Counted from the whole stretch's first letter, positions 24,207 to 36,729 are shown. The stretch is 62,617 bases of DNA, filler included, from Choristocarpus tenellus KU-1152 (GCA_964200185.2; 13 parts of 13 records of this genome joined end to end with filler, not necessarily neighbours in it); one strand, 5' to 3'. The notes: generated by a model from the letters alone, not told the origin. Numbers and translations are program-made.

Positions 24207-24336
24207 CCAACCTTAACCACGTCCTCTCGGTTACAGTTCGTCTTGGTCCTTCTTGCTCGATGATTCTCCTCACCACCCTTGTCTGAGTGAACCCCGCTTC
24301 AACAGAATCACACAATTTATATTGGTGACACCGGTG
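24207..24336 (+). mobile_element. Second copy of the Ser-primed LTR (5'-truncated) with 14-nt PBS TGGTGACACCGGTG at 24323-24336, lying within the copia element in opposite orientation
   Basis: Aligns by eye over about 115 bp to the reverse complement of 23546-23670; PBS follows the LTR end. Confidence 0.8.
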
Positions 24337-25096
24337 TTGAAACCTGAGTTGAATGCATCGTACATGTAAGCAAAATGCGTAGACTACGAACGATGAGGAA
24401 TCAAATCATGTTGCAAAGCACCGATGCGTAGTCTATGTTGTGGATAGATGTGATTGTTGTGCTGCAAATCACCGATGTATTTATTCTGTTGTAACTGAGG
24501 TCATTGATCTCTCAGCCGAGAATGATGTGATGTAAATTCAGTGTTCTTTCATGAAATACTCGACGAAAGAAGTCCATGCTTTGTGGAGAGACTTATTACC
24601 TTGGCTGGCAAGGGTTTCCGCGGATGGTTTAAACTCTGACTATATTACATCCAAGTGTGTAGCTGGTTTGCAGAGTGAGCTTGGTGCATTGTGAGAGATC
24701 AATGGCAGCAATGAAAGAAACAATAATCAACAATCAATGTACAACTGTCATCTTCTGCTGATAAGAAGAAAGAGTGAAAAAAATATAAAGAAGATATAAC
24801 AACAAAACAAACTTGAACCAATATGTGATGCAACTCAAGTAACGTATACTATTCTTGCGTGTGGAACGCAGAGCGACTGTTCTGTACTACGGTGTTCTGA
24901 TGGTAATCGATGTGGTGATGATGAACTAGTGACAGTAACGTCCAGAGCGTAACAGACCATTCAACAATCAGTGTTGACAGGTGGAACTGTATCCTATCAA
25001 GGAACAGATGAGTAGCCTATGTATTAACAATATTCTCTCCCAGTTCCTGGGTATCTCCAGATTGTAGACCCCTGTAGTCCACCCTGGGTTGTTGAG

Positions 25097-26800
25097 CTAT
25101 CCTGGCTGACCTATGTTGCCTAGTAGGTGAATTTGTTGAACCCTTGGTGTTGTTGGTATCTGATTGACTGCAGTATCGATATACCCATCAGAGTCGTCTT
25201 CAGTATCGAAGATATTGTCATCATCGGTCAAAGTCATGGTCCCTCTCTCTCCCATGAAGTCCATGATTTGTTTGTCTGGCTCGAACGTCACTTGGGCTGA
25301 GGTCACCAACTTGGCCACTTGAGGAAGCCAGATGTACCAATACAATGATGTACGATCGTGTCCCATGATGATACGCTACTCGGCGTATGGGTGAAATTTT
25401 GAACCGGCTCCCCTCTGCTGCTTGTCCTGGTGAACATAGCACTCGCTCCCTCATGTCTGAAGTCTATCATAATTGAAGGATTTTCCCTTTAGACGCTCGC
25501 ATGGTGTATTTCCTCCCAAGTATTCATGTGGCAAGCCTCCAGTTTTGAAGGCGACGTCCGTGATGGCAAAGAACCAGTACTCGTTGCTCAGCCCAGTCTT
25601 TACTAGTTGACTCCTCACTGCCCCCATGAGTTGCTTTGTCATCCTTTCCGCGATCCCGTTGCTCAGTGGTGTTCTCAGTGGAGATTTCCTCCATCTGGTA
25701 CCGTTGTTCATCGGCATCTTTTGGAACTTTACTGATCTTCCAAGCTCGCCAGCACCATCTCCACTGATGCATTCGACTGGCACACCTTCCCTGGCCATCT
25801 GGTCGATATAGGGGCAGCGATTGCGTCCGTCGCTGTGTTATTGGCTTTCAATCCATAAACCCTCTTGTCTCGGCTGCTCTCATCGACAAACACCTGAAAG
25901 TATTTGTGATCAGTGATGTCTGGTTGAAAGAGTCCCGCCAAATCCGTGTGTATAACCTCGCCAGGCTGCTTGGGGGTCCTGCCACCCCGTTGATAGATTA
26001 GAGCCTCGGATGTGTATTCCTTGCAAGTCTCGCAATGCAGTTCTGACGCCACAGTAGCGTCGGTGATATCCAAAAGTCCACGCTTCTTGAGAAGCTTGAT
26101 CGCTGATGGGTTGATGTGGTCCAATATGTTGTGCCAGTCCCTCAATGTCAGCTTCTGGTTTTGGTTGGCTCGTGCAGCGCTGGCTCTCGATACTATGGTT
26201 CCTGTTAAATTTAAGAACCCCCTCTAGGTTTATCTTGGGTGAATTCTTGGAGGTCTTCAGATAACTTTATTTTGTTCCAGAATCCATAAATTCTACTCCA
26301 TTGCGTCGTATGGTTCCAGTACTCAATATGTAGTATCATAGACCTGGAACCCAAAGAACATCCTTCAGAACCACTCTTGTTGGTTTGCTGTTCTTGTCCG
26401 TTACCATTAAAACCATAATTCCCAGTTTCCTTCGCGACCAATTTCCCATGGTTACCGAAGATGCATGTCCGTTTGGTGACCCGAGTGCTTACAACATCTT
26501 CACGATCGGGTGCAAGATGTACGTTTGCTCCCAAGTCACACAATATCTCGACTTGTCTTCTACTAGAGGAGTTGAGCACCACACTTTTGTTAACCTCCTC
26601 GTCTGCTGTCACCTTGAAATTGGAAAAAGAGCGTGCTTGGTTCCCGTTGACTCTGTTGCTACTCCCACCAGGTGGAGGTGGTGGAAATGTTCTCGCAGGC
26701 GCCATCCCAGGCGGACATGTTGCAGGTGGCTTTCCATTCAAGCATGAGTAGAACTTCTGCCATTGGTGGTTCATCTTCAAGCAGTATAGTATGCACATTG
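25097..26800 (-). mobile_element. Degenerate Ty1/copia gag-protease-integrase
   Basis: Zn-knuckle remnant CILYCLKMNHQWQK; protease ILCDLGANVH (DSGA-like); GAG-pre-integrase WHNILDHIN..CETC; integrase IHTDLAG, VFVDESSR, GDGAGE, TPLSNGIAER; frameshifts. Confidence 0.93.
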
Positions 26801-26835
26801 GTTTGGTTTGGGGTCACTTCCAGCTAATCCCCGGG

Positions 26836-26939
26836 GACCCCAAGTATCTGGGGGGGGGGGGCTACACTAGAGTGTCCATTTGGACCAAAAACAGGAAAAG
26901 TGCACTTTCATTATCCATCCAACGTATGCAACAAAATCG
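26836..26939 (+). mobile_element. MITE family C, 5' part (interrupts copia gag; cut by contig end)
   Basis: GACCCCAAGTATCTGGGGG terminus; homologous to 55601-55690. Confidence 0.8.
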
Positions 26940-27475
26940 NNNNNNNNNNNNNNNNNNNNNNNNNNNNNNNNNNNNNNNNNNNNTTAATTAATTAANNNNN
27001 NNNNNNNNNNNNNNNNNNNNNNNNNNNNNNNNNNNNNNNGAACAGAACTAAGCCTCAAGATGAGAAACAGAACAAAACTTGGACCCTCTCAGAAACTTTC
27101 ACTTGGCCTCCAACCTAATAACCTCTAACTTTGTCTGACTCACAGATCGATTGTCATAAACGTTCTTGTCGATAATAAAAGTCGGAGTGTGTAGATGTAC
27201 GCGCAAGTTTTTATGGATTCGATAAGAGTATTTGTATATGTACGCCAGGGCCGATCATGACACACTACAGACATCATGTCACCCACAACGTACCACTTTC
27301 GAAATGGTGGCGATATTATTTAAAACATTATATCATCGTATAGTAACATCGGAACCAAGAACTGGATTGGATTAGTTACAGTAGAGGTAGTGAAGTAAGC
27401 TTTGTCACACAAAAAAAAATTACTAATAAATTTCAACTTCAGATTCGTACACGATTTTCTTTCCTACTAAATCAT

Positions 27476-28306
27476 TCAAATTGTAAGATTTTTCTTTCCG
27501 AAATAATCAGAAGGAACATTTCCACATAAAGATGATGTAGGGAGAGATGAGTGATACACAGTTATCTTCTCTGGACGGATAGGGACAAATCCTTTGTTCA
27601 TGTTGCTAAAATGGTTGGTGATATCTACAGATAAATCAAGTGTGTATGGGAAGGAACAAGTTTACAGCGACAAAAAATCCGGATTTGTATACAATTCCTC
27701 AAGATTGAGTTTATGTAGCCACTACATGATTTGTGGTACAAGATTCTCTCGTAGAAATGATCCGCACATCTTCATGATGATTCCTTCAACCTTCACATGT
27801 ATACAAATATTTGTAACATAATTTTCATCTACTGGCTTGTGAATCATAAAAGAGCTAAATCCTTTGTTTGATGTGTGCATTGATTCCAATATAGGTAGGA
27901 TGTAAGATGTAACAATGCCTAGATAAGAAGTTCAATCCGTAAATAGTTTACATAGACCCTATTCATTCCCAGACTTGGAACCTCTCTTGTAGCTCAGTCA
28001 CTAAGGGCCAGCATTCCTTTGGAGAGGTGTAGACAAGTTCTGACCTGCTTGTAAGATTTCTTTTCTCAACACGAATTTCTGTTTTTCATGATCCGAAGCC
28101 CCCATTGCAAGCACAATGAATTGTACACCTTCCCTAACCTGTCTGTCAATGTACCACAAGTACGAAAAAAATCCTGAAACGTCATGACAAGCCTTTTCCA
28201 AATTTGGTAACAATTTCGTGTGTTTCACAGAGCAAAACAATTCGGGCAATATCCACTCCAAGCAGTCTCTAGGCGTTGCACGAGGTGAGATCCTTAGGGT
28301 CTTCAT
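27476..28306 (-). pseudogene. Intronless AT-rich disrupted reading frame of unknown (possibly viral) origin
   Basis: 101-aa ORF continues through frameshifts and stops as KECWPLVTELQERF.. and GIVTSYILPILESMH...DYFGKKNLTI*; no TE motifs. Confidence 0.3.
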
Positions 28307-29812
28307 ACTACTGCATTGCGACTATATTTTGACCCAACTCTAAGGAAGCCGAGAGGGTTAGTTGTTGTCTGGGTGAAATCAATGCACTGTTTATAAACGC
28401 TGGGTCAAAGTTTCCATTCTATTTCAAAAAATTTGCTCAGAACACCATTCGGATATATGAAAAGAAAATAAATAAATAATTCTGTTACACACCGCATTTT
28501 TTTACAAAAATGAGTTGTCCCCTTCCTAGCAAAATATCCCTGTATCCTCAATCTCCAAGTTCTGTGAAAATCTACTTCAGAGCAGCACTGAGGTTACTCA
28601 TACACAAGATTCAAGGGAGGAGGCGGGGCAACGAGTAGTGGGATGATTGTACCCAATGAGCAAGAAGGAATGCAGAGGCATGGATAGACCAAGGCAGCCC
28701 AATGAGTCGTAGAGCAAGGTTTAGAAAGGAGTGTGATCAATAGCGCAGTGCGTAGCGCCTCTGACCATTGGTTGGGCTAATCCCCAGTCTATATGAAGAC
28801 AATGGTATTAATAGTAATGGTAACACGATTGAAGTCGTCGAAGAGGGTGGTCAATTATGGTCAGTTCGAATTTCAAGACCGTTCTAATTTTTTTTCGCGA
28901 ACTATACACCACACACCCCCAGCCTGCAATGCACTGTACAGCCCTTAGATGGGTGTCACTGCAGAAAAGATTTGCTGTGCGAACTTATAATATTAGTCAA
29001 AAAGTGCCCCACACACTGTGCTCAAAACTCGTGCATCACGAGGAAGTTATAGTGGCCTAAAATCTCAACCACACAGTCTCCTAGATGATATCGCTCACTC
29101 ATTTATAAACAGTATCCTGAGTGGGACTGCCATCCAGTATGTAACTGACAACTGACTGGGTTGATTGGTGTGGGATGATGTGGAAGGACAAGAGATCAGT
29201 TAAGATCAACATAAAATGGCGGGGAGGTCAAGATCATACCCCTTTACCTAAAATAACTATTACGAAAAATTTACACAATGTACATCTGACACTTCAAAGT
29301 CTCTTCAAATCATATTGGGGGACTCACTCAACAATAGCAGTGTCATCCCCCCTCCACCCCCAGCCCATGCCCTTGTGTTCAAGAAGAAAACACGTGACAG
29401 CATGAGATCATTGGATAGTTCAACTCCTCAAATGTGCACTAACAGTACTGCCTCACACACTTTGTTGCCAACCATCCCTGTACCAGTGAGGGAGGAAATG
29501 AGAGGGACTCTGCCCATGGCCTCCCCAGAATTGTTTTTCTTACAGCATATAGCCAGGTATTCACTAGTACTCTAATAAAACTGGTCGACTCACATCATGA
29601 AAGTCATGGCAGAGTATGTTTGACCTCCAAAACAGCAATCTACTTGTTGGCCAATAGAGGTAGTGTCGAATGACATCACACAATACATAGAAGAGGCCTA
29701 GACGGGTTAGCTGTAACAGCCTCAGAGGACACCGCGCCAATGTGAAAGAAGCAAGGTAGCAATTGAGCAGGTAGTGGCCTTGGTTGTTGGGGAGTTATAT
29801 AGTATGGCATTA

Positions 29813-31040
29813 TCACCGAGCGTCCCGAACCCCCTTCCTCCTTGATGATCGAAACAGACCAAGTCCACGACGTGTAGCACCTTGACCAGCTTCATCTGTG
29901 CTATCATCTGCAGAATTTTCCTCCAGCTTTGGTTCAACTTCCACTGCCCCCCCCCTTAAATTCCCGACCTGTAACTGCAGTTCCTGCACATTCTCTGTAA
30001 GGTTTTTCACCGAGTCCATGAGGAACGCGATTTTTTCCCTGCACGCCAAGGACGAAAACTGAGTTAAATTCAAGGAAATGGGGGAAGGGGCCCTGCCATT
30101 GCACACACACCAACCCAAAAGCATACATCTGCAGGGAGGTTGCCACATATACCTCTAGAGTGGGTAGATTGGCTATTGAGGAGGTCCCGCCCCCCCGACG
30201 ACTCAAAACTAGATGCAGTTCGACTGACAAATGGACTTGGGGAATAGGTGAGACAGGTCTAATTCACGGCCTGGGCTTGAAGGAGTACTTGCCGTTAGGT
30301 TCATTGATCGTTTGAGCTAGTCGAGTAGTGGAGGGAAGAAAAGAAACAAACGGCACGGGAAAGATATATTTCTCTAAACCGAGCACTATCTCCAGTCGAA
30401 ATAGGGAAGAGCTCTGGGCAAGGTATGTAACACAGGTCAATTTCCATGAGCCAATACTAAATATGCAGTAAGCAAGAATCCATCTCACTTGTCTGCCATT
30501 TTTTGCAGTTTCTCTTCATCTCTCTTCTCCGCCGCGGATTTCGGGATGACTTTGTCCACCTTATCTTCCATCCCGTGAGTCATCAAGTATTCCTTCGTTT
30601 CACCCTGACGGCAAGAGAAGCAGGCCAGCAGGAGTTAAGAATTCCCCTGGGAATTGGTTGGAGTGCCAAACACTACAGTGCACCCTTGGAAGTGCAGTAG
30701 GGCAATGCCGGCAGTTAGCAGGGAATTGACAAGTTTTCACAGATGATAAATGAAGCCAATAGTTTCCCTTCAATTCACCCAAGAATGAACGCGCACACTT
30801 CGTACAATTGTTATCGTTTCACCGAGGTTTCAATTCCTTCACCAACACGAAATCTAAGGCTTGACGGCGAGACTTCACCTTGTAGTCTTTAAAAAGCACA
30901 TTCTTCATAACCATCATCAAGAAAAGCGTTCCCATCCCTGTGATTACAAGCTGCCTCAACCAGCTTCGTCGGAGATTGCCTTGACTCCCACCATGTGGGT
31001 AAGCCACTGCCACGTTCGGATCTTCTCCAAGCCTAGGCAT
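29813..31040 (-). CDS. Three-exon hypothetical single-pass membrane / coiled-coil protein (about 167 aa); exons 30879-31040, 30489-30604, 29813-30038
   Basis: ATG to stop splices in frame with GT-AG sites and matching phases (0 and 2); hydrophobic LVITGMGTLFLMMVM followed by heptad-like EKIAFLMDSVKNLTENVQELQLQVGNL. Confidence 0.7.
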
Positions 31041-32183
31041 GCCAATTTTTCGATCTCAATCTCTGATAAGGAACTTGCCGACGGTAAGTTGTTGGTCTGT
31101 GTTTTGGTCCGAATGCACCAATGTTTGAAGCTAGTTGAAGACTGTTCTGTTAGGGGTCTGGAGGTCAGACATGATTGTACCCTACCACTGCCATAATATA
31201 ATACAAAACCCGAGATTCCTATCATACCTAGTACTTTCATCTTTCACAACTCAACCAATTGAGAGCAGTTGTTCCTTTTGTGGTAACTGCTCCACCGTGA
31301 TACTCCTCACGAAAAGGTAGGTGTTGAGTTAAGCGACGAAACTGCAGCGTAATGCTAGTGGGATGGGTTGTACCAAGTCTCAAGATCACTCTTCCATGTT
31401 TGCCGTTTTAGAATAGGTGGTCGTTTGGAACTGTGTACATTTCTACTGCGAGAAACGTTGACAGTCCTGTAGAGTTCTTCATTTTTGACTGATAATCTTT
31501 GTTTATTCTCATTCTTTGGCTCTTTCTTGTCCTATAACTGTGGTTATACTAGCATCTGTCCGCCATCTCTCGTCTCCTAACCGAGATTTCGTTATTCCAG
31601 CTTCTCTCAATCAGCCAACCATGCATGAAGATGTTTTTTGTGGATGACCATTTAGTGATTGCCTAGATTTCTCACCCGAGTTTAGGATGTCAATGTTCTA
31701 GCTGCGATGATTTCGGGGAGGCCACCTTCTGCAATGGGTCTTCGTTGAGAAACTCATGGGAAAACGACAGACCGAGATTGCAATAGGAGACAAGTTGGAC
31801 CACTGTGATGCTACCAGAAAGAATATTTCTGCAAGATCCTTCCGTTTCCATCCTTTCTTGTTTAATTTATCCCATTCGACGACTTTGTGGTGTGTTTCGG
31901 AATGGGCTACACTCGTTTTGTATTGTTTTCGTTGGGCCTTTGTGACATTTTGCCTCTTGATGTCGCTATCGTCTTCTCTCTTTCTGAAATGTGGGTTCTT
32001 TGGGGGGGTTCTTTGGGGGGGAAGTCCTCGAACTCCCAATCCGCCGGGCGTGGTTGTGGGGGGTGGACAACTTGGGAGTTTGGNNNNNNNNNNNNNNNNN
32101 NNNNNNNNNNNNNNNNNNNNNNNNNNNTTAATTAATTAANNNNNNNNNNNNNNNNNNNNNNNNNNNNNNNNNNNNNNNNNNNN

Positions 32184-34550
32184 TCTAAAGACTAGCCTGT
32201 CCCACCAGGGAACCTGACCCCCACCCCCCTCAACAACCACGCCCCCCAACACTGGAGTCTTGCCCCATCTGCATACCAAAATAGAACAACCCATATACCC
32301 CTTCATCTGCCCAAGCACCCTTGACTTGGGCTGTGTCTCTGCCTTTTTTCTTCCGTGCCTGTCCCCAGTACCCTTTCCCACGGTCCACGTGCCACGCCCC
32401 AGCCTCCCCAAAAAAATTCCATGCTGGCAGAGATTGATTTGTGGGACCTGGGGTCGTATTTCAATCCACTCGCACACAATCATCCTCTGCCCCTTTCGTC
32501 ATATCGCCTTTCCACCTACTCTCCATCCCGTGCTCTCACTCCCCAGTTCCGCCCCCTTCATTCCCTCCCTGCCTAGCCTGTCTAAAGCAGCTCCCCCCTT
32601 ACAATGGGGACAACCACTCTTGTGGTTGATCACTCTACCCCACCTGCATGATTAGTGTCTGTAAAGATACCAACCACCCTTTCATATGCTCTCACTGTGA
32701 CGCAAAGTCACCCATCCCGACCCTTTTTAACCATACCTACACCGCCCTCACCAACCAAGAGACTCCACCCACTTCTGGGCGCCAGCCTAATGGCGGCACC
32801 ATGGCCAAAACTAATTATTTTCTCCCCACACAAATCCCAGGCCAGAACCTATATCCCACCCACTTCACTCCAAGGCTAAGGCACTCCCTCCTTTCACCAT
32901 GCAACCCACCCTTGAATACCTGACTCTAACTTGGAGTTAAATTTGGGCCGAATATTTGATTCTCCAGTTCCTGCACTCTGCCCCCCCATCACCCCCCCAC
33001 CCCCTGTGCCACATACACCGCCACCACCAACTGAATTACTCAAAACATTGAAGCCCCCGCAGCATCTTGGCCATGTTCGCCTCTTTTTTGATGCCATCAA
33101 CTTCCCACACAATGCCTTCCTTTCCCACACCCACAAGGATGGAGGGATTATTGCTGAGTTTGACCAGGTTTGCTTTGAGGGGGAGGTATGCATACCCTCC
33201 CATGACCAAGACTACCTCCTGGTCACGGACTCCGTTGGAGTGACCGAATTAGCGAATGGGCAGTGCATAGCCACAACACTGGAAATCCCCTCCCAACCCT
33301 CCCTCTCCCCCAATCCCACCCCCCCCAACCCTACCCTCGGCAGGGGAATCACCATTTTCCGTCCTTCCCTCCACTTCCCCCTCCCCAACCCATCCCAGAG
33401 AATACAGGCCACCTGCCCTCACATTCATACCTACCATGGGGGATTCATGCCTCAGATGTTCCTTGTTCCCTTTACTGAGTCCAGATGGAGATCCTGTAGG
33501 GGACTACTAACATCACCATCATCAAGAAGGTCCGTAGCAGGCTTTGCACCACTCATGCAATCACCCTCATGCATGCAGTGGACCTCCTGATACATGGAGT
33601 GACTACCCCACGGCTGGAGGGGGGGACCCACTCACTGTGGACAGTCAGAACGTCCAGGCTTCAACATCTCGGCCCTGGCCTTCTGCGAGCCAAGATGGAG
33701 AGTTTTCCAGGGAGGAACCTTTCACCAGTCTAGCATCAGGGAATATTCAGGAGTCGACTACCTAATGATCTTAGGGAACCAACAGACGCCGGGAGCCCTG
33801 AGGGGATGACCCAAAATCCCGCTAGGAATGAGCTGCAGTACTTGGCTAATACAATGGAGGCATCTCCGAGGGGGTGACCATTCTCACAGCACAGGCAAGA
33901 GTTTGGGGGAAGGATAATACTCGAAGAGAGATGGGCCACAAGCACCCCAATGAGAACCTGTACAGGCCAAGGCGAGCTGATATGAAAGCTATGGACAGAT
34001 TGATCCTTTTGGGTGGAGTATACCCCCACATCCATCCAAATGACTTTCATTTGAGTGAACAGCAACTCTGCACCAGGCCTTGATGTGATGCGGCCCAGCA
34101 ATATCCAATCAGCCATCACAACAAATATTGGTCACGAGGAGGAGGCAGAGTCATTTGCCAAGGTATGGCAACTCTTCTTACACCTTCACAGATTGTTACG
34201 TCATGAGTATTGGAAGCTCCACACCACTTCCAGACTGTCAGCATTTTGGGAGAAATGTCGCCAAGTCACCTGTGACTCTTTCTTTAGAAGGGCATGTGCT
34301 TCAGCGTTCTGTGTGGACTAGCGCCCCAACGCCCAGGAACATTTTGGAGGTATGCGACAGTTTGGAGTAGGTGTCCAAAATGGGGTCAACCATGCTCCGC
34401 TAGAGATTCATTGAAGAATTGGGCGTGGGGAATGGGTCAATAGCCTCGATGGCAAGAACGTCTTCAACAGTGTACACTGTTTGGCCTTTATCAGGACCCT
34501 CACCGAGGTCCTAACAGGACTCCAGCCATACATACCTAAGATATATATAT
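32184..34550 (+). mobile_element. CRE-clade-like non-LTR retrotransposon, degenerate, 3'-truncated within RT
   Basis: N-terminal Zn-finger-like FICSHCDAK..FNH; RT motifs NSAPGLDVMRP, SRLSAF..KCRQVTCDSFFRR, RQFGVGVQNG, WVNSLDGKNVFNSV; stops at a (TA)n tract. Confidence 0.8.
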
Positions 34551-35676
34551 ATAGTAGAGAGAGAGTAACCGTGATCTTGTTTCGCACTAGATGAGGGAGG
34601 GAGGGGAATATGCCTTCAAGGACAGAGGAACTTCAGGGTAAAAGAGTCAACTGCAGCAAGTTCTTCAGTCGGGCTATCGCTGAGACCACCAATGCTAGCT
34701 CATTCTACTGGTCATTCCATGTCCTGGCCCTGTCGTTCACACCAGCGTGTCGGTACCCTTGCCACACCAAATAGTCGTATAGACCAGCATCAAACCACTT
34801 CACAACACCAATTGTGCCAGTACGGTTACCAGACAATGAGTGGTGATTATCACTAGACTCAATTCGCACCTCAATAATGCCGAGCTTACTCGTCCGCTAT
34901 AATACTTGTGTAAGAGGGGGAAGGGTCCTAGACACCAAAGTCACGAGGAAAGATTTATGTGGATGGCCACTATATTCCTCATCCCTAGGGGTCCCAGATA
35001 GATTTGACTCCAGGCCGTTTGGGAATGGTGATATTGTCAAGCAATGTACACTGACACCGTTCACACCACTTCCTCATAAAACAACGTTTATATTGTGTTC
35101 GTCTGTATCTAAGCAACATTTTTATTTCCCTTTGGATAAGGTAAGGTCGTATCATAATAATCAAACTCAGTTCGATAGAGTAGGTACCCCTATTTTGGGC
35201 CAAATATTATGAATCAAATCCAAAATATGCAATTTGTACCACTTTTTTCGACATGCTAAAAAAATAGGCTTTTGTACCGGAATTCTCGTATTCGGGNNNN
35301 NNNNNNNNNNNNNNNNNNNNNNNNNNNNNNNNNNNNNNNNTTAATTAATTAANNNNNNNNNNNNNNNNNNNNNNNNNNNNNNNNNNNNNNNNNNNNTCCA
35401 ACTAGCCCCAAAACAGGCCAACAGATATTCTTGTCTAACCTGAGAAACCTTTCCCAATGGTCACAGAATACCATTAAAGTCAGATTGCCCCTGGCCTAAG
35501 GATTCCAAATCTTCTTTCAGAAATTAATTTCATTAACATCTTCAAAGTTATGTACAACACAGCACAGACTTATCGCGTGGAGGTAGTAGTATTATTTAAA
35601 ATGAAGGAACTAACTCTGCCCCAATACACTAATTGTGTTGTAGTATACTGCCTAGACGGTGGCAAAAGTAACATCC

Positions 35677-35935
35677 GCGTTAAAGTATCTTAGGGGGTAC
35701 GAGTTTTGCCCTGTTTGTTCATTTGGGGGTTGACTTCCCATGGTGTATTTTTATGACATTTTTCTACTCCAAAATGTTTCAGAGTAGGTAAAATGTATAT
35801 GCCATGAAAAGGTGTGACCGGAACAAGGATATTGACACTTCCCAACAAACGCGATAGCCAAAATTACATCAAAATCGCAACATTGGATTTTGGACCCCAA
35901 ATGGACGAGGCCCTACCCTCTAGATGCTTCGTCTC
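35677..35935 (-). mobile_element. MITE family A, reverse orientation
   Basis: AAAGTATCTTAGGGGGTAC...TACCCTCTAGATGCTT; reverse complement of the other copies. Confidence 0.9.
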
Positions 35936-36268
35936 GAAAATGAAAAATAATATCTTCCTTATCTGCGGAATCTGGTGGCAACTCACACCAGGTCGGCAAC
36001 CTATTAGTATAGAGAAATTCAACGCACTTTCCAGTCCACAAAGAGGGATATCACAATTATCAGAGGAGACAAAGTTGCTTGTAGGTGGACATTCGGTTGG
36101 TGCTAATTCAAGTTCTTTGGCTGGTTTAAGGGCAAGGGTCCTTTCCTTTATGACAAGTTGCTTGGTCTGTGACTCTTACACTAGGGGAGGTCCTTCTTGT
36201 TCTCTTCCCTACAGACTGAGATCACCTCTGCATATTCAGATATTTCAGCGGGTTTGTGCCATACATCA

Positions 36269-36708
36269 GAGCCAGAGTATCTTAGAGGGTAGGGCCGCGT
36301 CCATTTGGGGGCCAAAATCCAAAGTTGCGATTTTGATGTATTTTTGGCCATCGTGTTTGTTAGGAAGTGTCAATATCCATGTTCTGGACACACCTTTTCA
36401 TAATGTATACATTTGACCTACTCCGAAACAGTTTGGAGTAGGAAAAGGGTCAAAGTATCTGGGGAGGGTGTCGGCGTCCGTTTTTCACCCTTTTTTCGAT
36501 TTCACTTTTTTTGTGTGCTTTGACCGCACGTGTCGGATTTGAAATATCAGCAAAAAAAGAGTTGTTTGGCCGAAACGGACGCCTCCTCACAAACCACCCC
36601 CACCCCCCCAGATACTTTGACCCAAAATGTCATAAAAAAAATATGGGAAGCCAAGCCCCAAAATGGACAAACAGGGCAAAACTCGTACCCTCTAGGATAC
36701 TTCAACTC
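36269..36708 (+). mobile_element. MITE family A with 4-bp TSD ATCA, carrying a nested family-B MITE
   Basis: ATCA at 36265-36268 and 36709-36712; TIRs GAGCCAGAGTATCTTAGAGGGTA / TACCCTCTAGGATACTTCAACTC. Confidence 0.92.
36447..36623 (+). mobile_element. MITE family B (177 bp), nested, TSD AAAA
   Basis: Perfect 18-bp TIR GGGTCAAAGTATCTGGGG; the empty site GGAAAATGTCA in the copy at about 11040 shows AAAA was duplicated. Confidence 0.93.
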
Positions 36709-36729
36709 ATCACTAACCGGTGAATATCC

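Noticed and set aside
28735-28885. tRNA-derived SINE head (TAGCGCAGTGCGTAGCGC A-box-like; GTTCGAAT at about 28865)
   Set aside because: No cloverleaf, atypical box spacing, no second copy in the window
35814-36416. 200-aa ORF and similar short ORFs (1369-1599, 9973-10182, 10944-11177)
   Set aside because: Chance readthrough of non-coding MITE family A sequence
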